A stretch of 44,568 bases of DNA from Parvularia atlantis (lineage: Eukaryota): the NCBI GenBank assembly GCA_943704415.1, contig CALSCO010001252.1, positions 1 through 44,568 on the forward strand, given 5' to 3'. This document shows, piece after piece, positions 1-10,359 of this stretch. Every line of letters begins with the position of its first letter. Within the stretch, counting starts at the first letter, position 1. The notes under the pieces are model-generated. The model saw only the letters and a list, made by a program, of their open reading frames with translations, searched no databases and was not told where the DNA came from. The translations under genes were made by a program, and so were the position numbers.

Positions 1-111
1 GGAGGGGGGTTGAAAGGCGCACACGTCGCGGGTGGCGCGCGTGGCGGGCGCGGGTGACCGGCGGCGGTCGACTGGGGTGTTTTTTGCCGACGGGACAGGT
101 CGAGGGGGGTC

Positions 112-165
112 GTAAGCACAAACAGGCGGCCAACCACACGCGCGCACCGCCGCGCCGCCCCGCAG
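112..165 (+). other. Probable 5'-UTR intron of the NDFIP/Bsd2-like gene
   Basis: GTAAGC donor at 112, CCAAC branch-like site, CGCAG acceptor at 165, upstream of ATG 202. Confidence 0.5.
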
Positions 166-201
166 GTCCCCGAGGCCAACGACGCAGCCGACGAGCTGCA
201 G

Positions 202-1093
202 ATGGAGCCGCTGGCGAGCGAGGGCGCGCCCGTGACCGTCGTCGCGCCCGAGGCCGAGCCTGCGAGCGCGCCCGCCGAGGCCTCGTCCAGCGCCGCTGCG
301 GCCGCACCGGTCGTCGGCGCGACCGCGGACGGCGTGTTTGCCAACGTGGCCGCCAAGCCCGAGGCCGCGCCGCTCCCGCCCAAGTACGAGGACGACCGGC
401 TGCCGGTGCGCGCGTGCAGGCCGGGGAATGGGCATGGTCGCGCGCTCATCGCGTCAAATTGCCCGCAGACGTACGGCGACGTCTTCCGCGGCGAGAACGT
501 GCCCGCGGTGCCCTTTGGCGCCGTGGTCGTGTCGCCCGCGGACGAGACGGTCGTCGACGGCATGCGCGTCGGCAACGGCCTTACGTTCGTCCTGGCGATG
601 CTGGTCGCGTGGCTGTTTGGCGTCTTTGGCTTCCTCTGTGCGTGCGCGCGCGTGTACCAGCGTCGCTGCGCAGTGGGACTGAACCCCGCGTGCGCAGGCG
701 CGTACCTCATGTCGTCGACGCACGCCGGCCGCTGCGGCGCCCGCGCGGGCCTCGGCCTGCAGCTCATCCACTGGGGCATCTACATGCGCTCGTACATGCT
801 GCAGTTTGCGTGGTTCCTCGAGAACGGCAGCGGCGCCGGCAGCGACATGAGCAGCAGCGGCGGCGCTGGGGCGAGTGCCAGCGGCGGCGTCGGCCCGACG
901 GAGGACGACTCGCTCATCCCGATGTGGCTGTCGTACATCTTCATGCTGACTGGCTGGTGTGCGCCTCGCGCGTGATGCCCCGGCCCCCGCACTCACGCCG
1001 GCCGGCAGGTTCATCTTCGTGCGCGCGTGCATGACGCTCTTCCAGGTCCGCCGCATCATGCACCTGCGCATGGCCGGCGTCGTCGATGCCTGA
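202..1093 (+). CDS. NEDD4-family interacting protein / Bsd2-like adaptor (PY motif + 3 TM), 3 introns
   Basis: PPKYE PY motif; VGNGLTFVLAMLVAWLFGVFGFL and STHAGRCGARAGLGLQLIHWG resemble Bsd2/NDFIP; spliced ORF ends at TGA 1091-1093. Confidence 0.85.
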
Positions 1094-1228
1094 GCACTCG
1101 TGCAAGCGCTGTAAAGCGCCCCTCTCCCTCTCCCTCTCTAGCCTTTTGCCCTCCTATGCACCAACGTCCAGCAGTCTGTGTGTGAGTGCCACTTTTCTTC
1201 TGACGAGAACGCGCTCGATCTCGATGCG

Positions 1229-2523
1229 ATGGACTCGGTCGTGCTGCTCGCGTGCGCGACCGGCACGGTGTACGTCGCGGCCGAGCGCTCACAGGAGCCC
1301 GAGTCGCTGCTGCCGAGCGAGGGCGAGGACGTTGTGGTGCTGACGCTGGACGGGCGGACGGCCGCGGCCGCGTGGGTGCTCGCGAGCGCGATGCTCGTGC
1401 TCGTCTTCTTCTTCTTCCACGCGCTGTCGTGGGTGCTGCTGCTCAGGTGCGCTGCACGACGCACGGCGCGGTCGGTGCGCGCTCACACTGATCGCGCGCC
1501 CGCGTGCCAGCGCCGTCGTGACCAGCGCCTATGCGCTGTATGCGCTCGCTCAGCCCGCGCTAGCCGCGTGCTGGCGGCGCGCGCCGCACGTGCTCGCGGG
1601 CGCAATGAGCGCGGCCGTCGTGGTGCGCACGCGCCTGTGGGCCTGCACGCATGCGTGCGTGCTCACGCGAGATGCGCCAGGGCGCGTGGCTGTGGTCGGG
1701 GCACTGGCTGCTGAACGACGTCCTCGGCGCGTCGCTCGTCGTGCTGTTTGTGGCCGTGGGGCGCCTGCCGAGCCTGCGCGTGGCCGCGATCCTGCTCGGC
1801 GGCCTGCTGCTGTACGACGTGTTCTGGGTCTTTGGTTCCGAGTGGTTCTTTGGCGAGAACGTGATGGTCGCGGTCGCGTCCAAGACGGCGTCCAACCCGG
1901 TCGCGCGCCTGGCCGAGACGTTCGTGGCCACCGCGCCGCCCTCGCTCGTGCGACACCTGCAGCTGCCGGCCAAGCTGATCGTGCCGAGCGCGGACGGGCG
2001 GTCGGTGTCGATCCTCGGTGCGTGTTGGGGCGCTGTCGTTGCGTGCTCAAACGGCTTGCACGCGCACAGGCCTGGGCGACATGGCCGTGCCGGGCATGGT
2101 GCTGGCGCTTTACCGGCGCGTGCGGGTGCGCGGCCTCGTTCAGGTGCACCTCGCTCGCCTGATTCTGCGCAGATCGCACCGCTGCCGACGCACACCGCGC
2201 GCGCCGCGCCGCGCCTCGCGTCCGAGCTGCTGTACTTCCGCATCGGCCTGGCCGGTGCAACGCGGCCTCGTCGTGTGTGCGTGCACTGACCTCGCCGGCG
2301 CACCAGGGTACGTCGCAGGGCTCGCGGCGGCGATGGTCGCGGCGAACGTCTTTGACGCGGTGCAGCCCGCACTTCTCTTTCTCGTGCCAGCCACGACGCT
2401 GCCTGTCGTGGTGCGGCGCGGCGTTGCATGCCGGGTCGTGTGAGCACTCACGCGGTGCACCGGCAGGCCGCGGCCGTGCGTCGTGGCGAGCTGCGCGCGC
2501 TCTGGCAAGGGTCCGAGAAGTGA
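1229..2523 (+). CDS. Signal peptide peptidase family intramembrane aspartyl protease (A22B), ~6 introns
   Basis: Catalytic motifs LLYDVFWVF, LGLGD (split by an intron) and QPALLFLVP; one internal junction (~2119-2172) is uncertain. Confidence 0.9.
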
Positions 2524-2592
2524 TGACCGTCAGTGAGCCGTTGCCACTGTACTACTTAGGCCTACTACTTTCACCCGGCGCGACCGCGAACG

Positions 2593-3838
2593 ATGCGCTA
2601 CGCGCAGCTTGTGATGGGCCCCGCGGGCAGCGGCAAGGTGTGCGCAGGACGCCCGCATCCGGCGCGCATGCGCGGGGGCACCGACTGCGGCGCACGGCCA
2701 GTCCACATTCTGCAGGCACATCCAGACGCACTGCGCCAACCTGCGCCGCACGGTGCACATCGTCAACCTCGACCCGGCCGCGGAGCACTTTGCGTACGAG
2801 CCCGCGGTCGACGTGCGCGAGCTCATCACGCTCGACGACGTCTCGGAGGAGCTGAGCTACGGGCCAAACGGCGGGCTGGTGTACTGCATGGAGTGCGCCT
2901 GCCGCGCGCGATCGCGCACGCGGCCGCCTGACGCGCCGGCGCCGCGCCTCCAGGTTCCTCGTCAACAACCTCGAGTGGCTCGAGGAGCAGCTGGGCGGGT
3001 ACGAGGAGGACTATGTGCTGATCGACTGCCCCGGTGCGGATGCGGCGGGTGTGCGTGCGTGCGCCTGCCAACGCGCCCGTCTCGCGCGCGCCTCGCAGGC
3101 CAAATTGAGCTCTACACGCACTTCCCGATCATGCAGCGCATCAAAGACGCGCTCGTGCGCTGGAATTACGCCGTCTGCGGCGTGTACATGATCGATGCGC
3201 AGTTCGTGGAGGTGTGCGAGCGTGCGCATGCGCGGCCTCGGGCGCGTTGTGCCGATGCGCGCGCATCCCGCAAGGACCCGAGCAAGTTCTTCTCCGGGAC
3301 GCTGTCGGCCCTCGCGGCGATGGTCCAGCTCGAGATCCCGCACGTCAACGTCCTGTCCAAGATGGACCTGTTCAAGCAGCGCAACCGGCGGCACATCAAC
3401 CGGTACCTCGAGGCCGACACGCAGGCACGCTCCCACACACACGCCAGCGGCACGGCCTGACACCCGCCGTCGCGCGCCCAGCTGCTGCTGCGAGACGTCG
3501 ACCAGGACATGTCGTCAAAGTACCGCGGGCTCAACCAGGCGATCGCGTCGCTAGTGCGCCTCCACGCGCGCTGCCCGCCACGCGCGCTGCAGCTCAGCCG
3601 ACAGCGCACGCACGGCAGATCGACGAGTTCAATATGGTCAGCTTCCTGCCGCTCAACCTCGCGAGCGAGAACTCGATCGCGTACGTGCTCTCGCACATCG
3701 ACAACGCGATGCAGTACGGCGAGAACGAGGAGCCGAAGGAGCCCAAGGCACGCAACCCTCCCAAGCTGCGCCGGCAGAAACGCCCACCGCTCACTCGCGC
3801 GCGCGCAGGACAACGACGAGGGCGAGGCCGAGCAGTGA
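2593..3838 (+). CDS. GPN3: GPN-loop GTPase 3, 7 introns (2 GC-AG)
   Basis: MRYAQLVMGPAGSGKSTFC, VNLDPAAE, GPNGGL, DCPGQIELYTH, IDNAMQYGE. Confidence 0.95.
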
Positions 3839-3882
3839 ACGCAGCGAGCACTTTGTACCGACGACAGAGACACGGGCGCGCC

Positions 3883-4851
3883 TCATCCCATCATCATGCG
3901 GCGCCGGCGGACCTCCTCTGTGCGCAGGCCCGCGTCAGCGCCGGCCGCGGCGTGCGCGTGTCGCGAACGCACCGAGCTCGGCGTCGACGTCGTTCAGGTT
4001 GCGCCGGAACGCGTCCGGCTGCTGCTGCTGCTGGTGCATCTGAGGCGGCGGCTGCATCTGCGGGGGTGGCTGTGCGCGGGCCGTGAGCGAGCGAGCGCAG
4101 ACCACCACGCCATGCCACGCCACGCCACGCACCGCGTAGTACTGCGGTGGCGCGCTAAACGAGCCGCCCGACATCGGCGGCGGGAAGGACGGCGGCGCAC
4201 CGGGCGGGCCGCCTCCCGGGTTGAACTGCGAGCACGCGCGCGCACGTCACATTCACGCATGCTACATAGAGCGCCCGCGCCCGCACCGGCGGGGGCGCAA
4301 ACGCCGGCATGTTGAAGCGCGGGAAGGGCGACGGGCCGCCAAAGCCGCCGCCGCCAAAGCCGCCGCCGCCGCCGCCCATAGGCCCGCCCCTCCGCGGGCC
4401 GCCACCACCACGACCGCCTGCGTGTGCCAGCTCGGCGCGTGAGCGCGGCGCGGCGGCTGTAGGGCGCGCGGCGCACCACGGCGCTCGCGGTCGCGGTCGC
4501 GGTCGCGCTCGCGGTCGTTGGCGCGCAGCTCCTCGAAGGGCACCTGGATGCCGTAGTTGGTGTAGGCAAACTCTGCGTGCGCGCGTGCACACGTCAGCCG
4601 GCGCGGCGGGGAGGGCGGTGGCGCACCGAGCATGTAGTCGCGGACCTTCATCCGGTGCTTGAAGCCGGTATTGTGCGCCTTTTCGCGCGGGGTCAGCACG
4701 GCGCGGGCGCAGGCGCGGGCGTAGGCGCGCCTTGCGCGCGCCAAGGCTGCTGTGGCTGAGGCGGATGTCGCACCACTCGCAGTAGACTGGCGACCGCGGC
4801 GACGTCAAGCGCGCGGCGCTAACGCGCGGGGCAAGACGCACAGGCCGGCAT
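3883..4851 (-). CDS. SNRPC: U1 snRNP protein C-like (zf-U1 plus RD repeat and Gly/Pro-rich tail), 7 introns
   Basis: Spliced N-terminus [37 protein letters not shown] aligns with U1-C [37 protein letters not shown]; Pro/Gly/Met-rich C-terminus. Confidence 0.8.
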
Positions 4852-4927
4852 GGTGCCCCTCGAGCGGCCGATCGACAAACAGCGCATACACAGCCCAGAC
4901 CGGACAAGTGACGGCGCACTCACAGAC

Positions 4928-6027
4928 TCACGCGAGGAGCCAGGCGGACGCGCGCGCGTAATTGTCAAAGTTGAGCACGTCAACGCCGCAGCGCACGAGC
5001 TCAGCCCAGAACGCCTCGCTCTCGGGGATGTTCCTACGCGCGCGTTGTGCGCAGCGTGAGCGGCTTTTGTGAAGCGCAACACCGCCGCAGCGCACCAGAA
5101 GCGGATGCGCTGGCCCTTGGCGTGCGCCTTGGCCGCGATCTCGCCTATGCGCGCGCAGGTCGCCTCCGAGAACGGCGTGGCGCGGCTGCTGAAGACACTG
5201 TCCCAGTTCTGCGACAGCCAGCCGATCACCGCGCTCGGCCACGCGTCGTTCTCGTTCTCGGGGATGCGCCCGTCCAAGCTGGCGTGGCGGCGCGGCTGGC
5301 TGGCCATCTCGGCGGGGCTGAGGCGGTTGCCCGAGACGAGCACGGTGACGGCGCCCTTGCTCACGACCGTGTCGTTCGCAAACACGGTAAGCAGGCCCTG
5401 CGCGGCGCACGGCGCGCGGTTAGCACGCGGTGCCGGGCAGCCTCTGGGCGGCGCACCGGGTACAGCCGGTCGTACTCGGCCAAGAGTGTAGCCAAGGCCT
5501 CATACGACGGCGCAGCCGACGTCTTGAAGTCGACGACGAACGTAAACTCGTCGCACACGGCCAGCTTGGGCGCGCGCGCGAGGATGTGCCCGCCGTTGGC
5601 CTGGAACTCCTTTGCGAGCGGCGTGAGGTAGGCGTCACTGAGGCGCGTGTCGCACGAGCTCCAAGGGTACAGGCAGTCGTGGCCGACTGGGCGCGCGCGC
5701 GCGCGCGCGTGGGCGTTGGTCAGCGGCGCGTGCTCCCCGAATGGCGCGGGCGCGGGGCGCGCACTGATCAGCTCGCCGTTGAGCAGGTTCGTGTCCGTCT
5801 CGACGTTGCAGAAGCCGTTCGCGAGGGCCGGCACAAGCGGCTCGCCTTGCTCCTGGTCGTTGTGCGCTGCGCACGAGCGGTGAGACTGCGTGTGCACGCG
5901 TGGTGCGGACCCGCCGCGACGCACCGTACGCGCGCAGCAGCGGCACGGGCGCCGCCGTCTGGGCCGCCGTCTGGGCCGCCGCGACCGCGGCGACCACCAG
6001 CAGCACGTGCATGACACACGCGGCCAT
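4928..6027 (-). CDS. Secreted PLC-like phosphodiesterase (AIM6-like TIM barrel), 4 introns
   Basis: Signal peptide; AHNDQ...PLVPALANGFCNVETD...GHD; C-terminal RIRFWNIP...W..L...GVD. Confidence 0.75.
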
Positions 6028-6049
6028 GCTGCGAAACTTCTGACTCGGA

Positions 6050-8075
6050 ATGGCGGCGCTTGTTGCTTGCGTCCCCGGCCGTGCGTTTGCCCCCCGCCCC
6101 GCGCGCCTCGCACCCGCGAACACCACGTCCGCGACCCGTGCGCACCCGCGTACTCAGCCGCGCCGCCCGCACGCGCGCGCAGTCGGCTATGTGACGTCGC
6201 TTGTGGGCACGCTCTGCTGCTGCGTCAACGGCGTTGGCTGCGTGCTCAGCTGCTATGGGCGCTCGTGCTCGTGCCGCAGCTCGTCCAACACGCGCGTCTT
6301 GTACGCGCTCGTGCTCTTCGCCGACACGGTCGCCGCCTGGGCGCTCAAGTGCGCGCGCGTGAGTGCAACGGCCGGCCGCCTCGTGTTGACCGCGCGTGCG
6401 TCGCAGGAACTGGGGCGACAGCATCGTGCCGGCCGACTACCGCACGTGCAACGGCGAGTGCTTCACGTACCTGGCCGTGTACCGGCTGAGCTGCGGTGCG
6501 GCGTGGCGCAGGCGCGCGCACGCGCACGCGGCGGCCGCTGACGTGTCGCGTGGCCCAGGCCTCGTCATGTTCCACATCCTCATGTGCCTCCTGACACTCT
6601 TTGCCACGACGTCCAAGGACGCGGCCGCGCGCTTCCACAACGGGCGCGTGACTCGGCCGCGGCATGTGTCGGCGCGCCAATGCACGCGCGCGTGCCACCA
6701 GGTGGTGGCCTGTCAAGCTCGCAATCATCGTCACGCTGAGCGTGGCGTGCTTCTACATCCCCGTCGAGTGCGAGTGCGCGGCGATGATCACCGCGAGGGG
6801 CTGAGCCCCGGCCGCGCAGATTTTTCCACGCCTACGCCTACATCGCCATCGTGCTCGGCATCTTCTTCCTCATTGTCCAGACCGTTATCATCCTCGACTT
6901 TGCCTATGGCTGTGCGTGCCGGCCGCGCGCGCCTGCTGTGTGCTGACGGCCTCGCTGTGTGGCGCAGGGGCCGAGGTGCTGCGCCGATCGCGTGTGGGGC
7001 CGCGCCCGCGCGCGCACTGACCCGTCGGCTGCGCAGTCGTGGGTCGCGCGCTGGGAGGACAATGACGACGCGTTCTGGCGCGGGGCGATCATCTTTGTGA
7101 CGTTATTCTGCTACTCGTGCGTCGGGCGGGTGCGGGGCGGCCCGTGCGCCCCGCTGACGCGCTCGCGCCGATGATCGCAGCGGCACTGTCGCCGGCTCGG
7201 TGGTGCTGTACGTCTACTTTACGACGTTGCCCGGGTGCGGGATCAACATCTTCTTCGTCACGTTCAACCTCGTGCTCGTCTTTCTGCTATCGGTCTGCTC
7301 GATCCTGCCGAAAGTGCAGGAGGTGCGTTGATCGCTATCCGCCGTGCGCGCACGTGCTCATGTCGGGCGCGCTGCGGCCAGGCCAACCCCAAGTCGGGCC
7401 TGATGCAGGCCGCGATCCTGTCGATGTACAGCACGTACGTCGTCGCGTCGGCCATCGGCAGCGAGCCGACAAACGACGACTTCAACTGCTCGACGGCGGA
7501 GAACGGGTCCGCCGTCCTGTCGCAGGTGCGCCGCTGCACCAGCGCTGCGTGGCCGCTGAGCACGACGCGGCCAGGTGCTGTTTTACATCGGCTTCGTGTC
7601 GACGTTCCTCACCATCGCCATTTCGGCCTGGAGCTCGGCGTCGATCTCGACCGAGACGTTTGCGCTGCGCTCGTCGAGCGGGCTGGACGAGGAGGTGCCG
7701 CGGCCGTGCCATGGTGCGCGAGCGGCGCACTGAAACTGCGCGTGCAGGGCGGCAAGGCCGACGACGAGGCCGACGGGCTCAAGTACAAGTACTGGCTGTT
7801 CCACATCGTCTTCATCGGCGCGGCCGGGTACATGGCCGCGCTGCTCAACAACTGGAGCGTCGTGTACAACATCGACGTCCCCGGCGGCACGTTCGACATC
7901 GACCGCGGCTTCGGCTCGGTCTGGGTCAAGATGTCGACGTCGTGGGTCATCTGTGCGTCGCTCCGCGTCATGCTGCACGCAAGCCTGGGCTCACCCGCGC
8001 GCCTGCACAGGCTCGCTGTACCTCTGGACCCTCGTCGCGCCGATCCTCATGCCCGAGCGCTTCGGCGCGACGTGA
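6050..8075 (+). CDS. SERINC: Serine incorporator (SERINC/TMS1) family membrane protein, 12 introns including an 8-nt microexon
   Basis: Cys-rich N-terminus, AVYRLS, FHNGWW, DFAYGWAESW, QEANPKSGLMQAA, Y.LFH.VF, SVWVKM.TSW, LYLWTLVAP. Confidence 0.93.
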
Positions 8076-8126
8076 TCGAATGTACATATGTATCAGCCTT
8101 GCTGTTTCAAGCGCCGTAGTACGGTG

Positions 8127-8992
8127 ATGCCGCCGTTGCATGATACAGATGCGGGCGGCGAGCGCGCAACGGCCGCGGCGCTGCGCGGCGAGGTCGAGGG
8201 CGTGGTCGAGAAGCGCGTAGACGTGCGTAGTGGGCGTCGGCGCGTAGGTGGCGACGGTGGGCCCTGACCCTGACACGCCGCGCAGGCCGCGAGCGGGCGC
8301 GTGCTGTACCTCGTCAAGTGGGCCGGCTTCGACGCTGAGGACAACACCTGGTGCGCGCGGGCTGCTGGCGGGCTCGCCGGGCGGGCTGCGGGCTCATGCG
8401 CACGCGCACAGGGAGGCGGCCGAGGACCTGAAGGACGTGGAGGATCTGCTGCGCGAGTTTGAGCAGGCGCACGCGGCCGCCGCCGGCACGAGCGAGGGCG
8501 GGAGCAGTGCGTTGAGCGCTACGCGCGTACGCTGCCGGGCCGAGGCAGTGACGTGCGGCGGCGCAGACCACGCGAGGAAACGGCTGCCACCGTCCGACGA
8601 CGACGAGGAGGACGAGGAGGCCGGCGACGACAGCGAGGACGACGCCAAGATCGACTTTACGACCAGCGCAGACATGTCCAAGCCCGTCGACGCCAAGTGG
8701 TGCGTTCGTGGCATGCGAATTGGGCGCAGGCGAGACCGCTGAGGTGCGCGGCCGCGGCAGGGAGGGCAAGATCACGTCGATCCGCGCGCACAGCAAGGCC
8801 AAGGACGGTGTGCTGTTCCGCGTGCTCTGGTGCGTCCGAGCGCCTGCGGCAAGCGCGCGCCTCACGCACGGACTTGCTGGCAGGGTTGACGGGCACAAGT
8901 CGTACGTGCACTCGACCTGGCTCAGCCAGCGCGCGCCGCTTACGGTGCTCAAGTACTACGAGAGCGTGATCATGTTCACGCCCTCGCAGTGA
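8127..8992 (+). CDS. HP1/Swi6-like chromodomain plus chromoshadow domain protein, 5 introns
   Basis: EVEGVVEKR..YLVKWAGFDAEDNTWE chromodomain, acidic hinge, FRVLW...APLTVLKYYESVI chromoshadow-like C-terminus. Confidence 0.85.
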
Positions 8993-9059
8993 CCCTGGTT
9001 TCGCCGTCTTTGTTCACTACCGCCGCGCAGGTGTAGCTCGCACACATTCACCGTCACGC

Positions 9060-9503
9060 TCATTGCGCACGCGCCGCGCCTCCGCGGGCCGTCAGCTGGT
9101 TGAGCCGCACGCTCAGGGCCGCCGTGAGCGGGTCGTCGTCGCAGTGGCACTTGCACAGGTGGTAGATGTAGCACATGCCGAGCACGACGAGGCCCAGGAT
9201 GATCGCGTGCACGAGGCCCCAGAGCGTCGCCACAAGCGCGCTCGCCAGCAGGTGGGCCACGGCGAACGTCAGCAGCGCGCAGACGAACAGCTTGACCGGG
9301 TTGAAGTGGTGCCGCACGCCCTTGTCAAACAGGCCGCGCGCGGCCGACGCGGTCCAATCGAGCGCGGCGGCCACGGTGCTGTCGGCCGCCGAGGCAGGCG
9401 CCGCGCCCCGGCCCAGGGTCGGCTTGGTCTCGCTCAACTGCATGGGCGGCACGGGCGGGAGCGGCCCGCGGCGAGGCGGCGGCGGCGGCGGCGGCGTGGG
9501 CGT

Positions 9504-9540
<37 letters not shown>

Positions 9541-9830
9541 GGCGTCTCTAGCTCGGGCTGGTGCACACGCAGGGTGAGGCGGCCGGCATAGTCGCGCGCA
9601 AACTTGAGCGCGACGCGGAGCTCGTCGGCCGTGGCCACGCCGACGTCGTCGCCCTCGCGGTCGCGGTAGGTCAGCAGCGCGGGCGGGCTGACAGGTACGC
9701 CGAACGCGTGCAGGCGCGCGCGAATCTCGTCGAGCGCGCGGGCGTCGTCCTCGGCAGCGGCGCCCTGTAGCAGGACCACGCGCACGTCGCCCGCGGGCAG
9801 GCGCAGCTTGACAAGGTACTCGTTCGGCAT
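9060..9830 (-). CDS. Intronless PB1-domain protein with Pro-rich linker and C-terminal hydrophobic (TM) segments
   Basis: YLVKL strand and OPCA motif YRDREGDDVGVATADEL; PAPAP repeat; hydrophobic LFVCALLTFAVAHLLASALVATLWGLVHAIILGLVVLGMCYIY. Confidence 0.75.
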
Positions 9831-10359
9831 CGTGCGCGCGCGCGCAGGCGGCGGGTGGCGGGCGCTCGGCAGGCGCGGAAGTGCCGCGCCGTTCGCGCCC
9901 GCCGGCCTTGCGCCATCCCGGCGTCATCCGGCCTGTCAGCACTGAAAGTTGCGCGTGCTGACAAATGAAGGAGGCGCTTGGCAACCGTGTTGGCAACATG
10001 CCGATCCGTCCCGCGTGGCAACACCAACCCACTGCAGCTGATCCCTTCTGTTTGTCGTGGCCGCCTCCCTTTCCGCCGCCGCGGCGCATGACGCGGGTGA
10101 TGCTCGCGCGCCCGCGCCGCGAACGGCAGCACACTTCCGCGCGTCTGTTCGCCTGACTGCCGCGCGCGCCGCCGCCGCTGTGCAACGCGGACTCGGAGGT
10201 CGCTGTTTCACGTCGCCGCACGTCGCCACCCCGCCACCCCGCCACGCTGCGCAACTTAACGCGCTGTTTCACCAGACACTCTTCTTCGCGCGCAGCTGTT
10301 CACGCCGCCGTGCACGCAGGCCCCCGCCCCCGTGACCCCCGGGCCGCCGCCGCCACACT

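Noticed and set aside
9831..10359. Possible ncRNA or small ORF in the longest intergenic gap
   Set aside because: No tRNA, snRNA or snoRNA hallmarks recognised; more likely a promoter plus a 5'UTR intron (acceptor near 10319)
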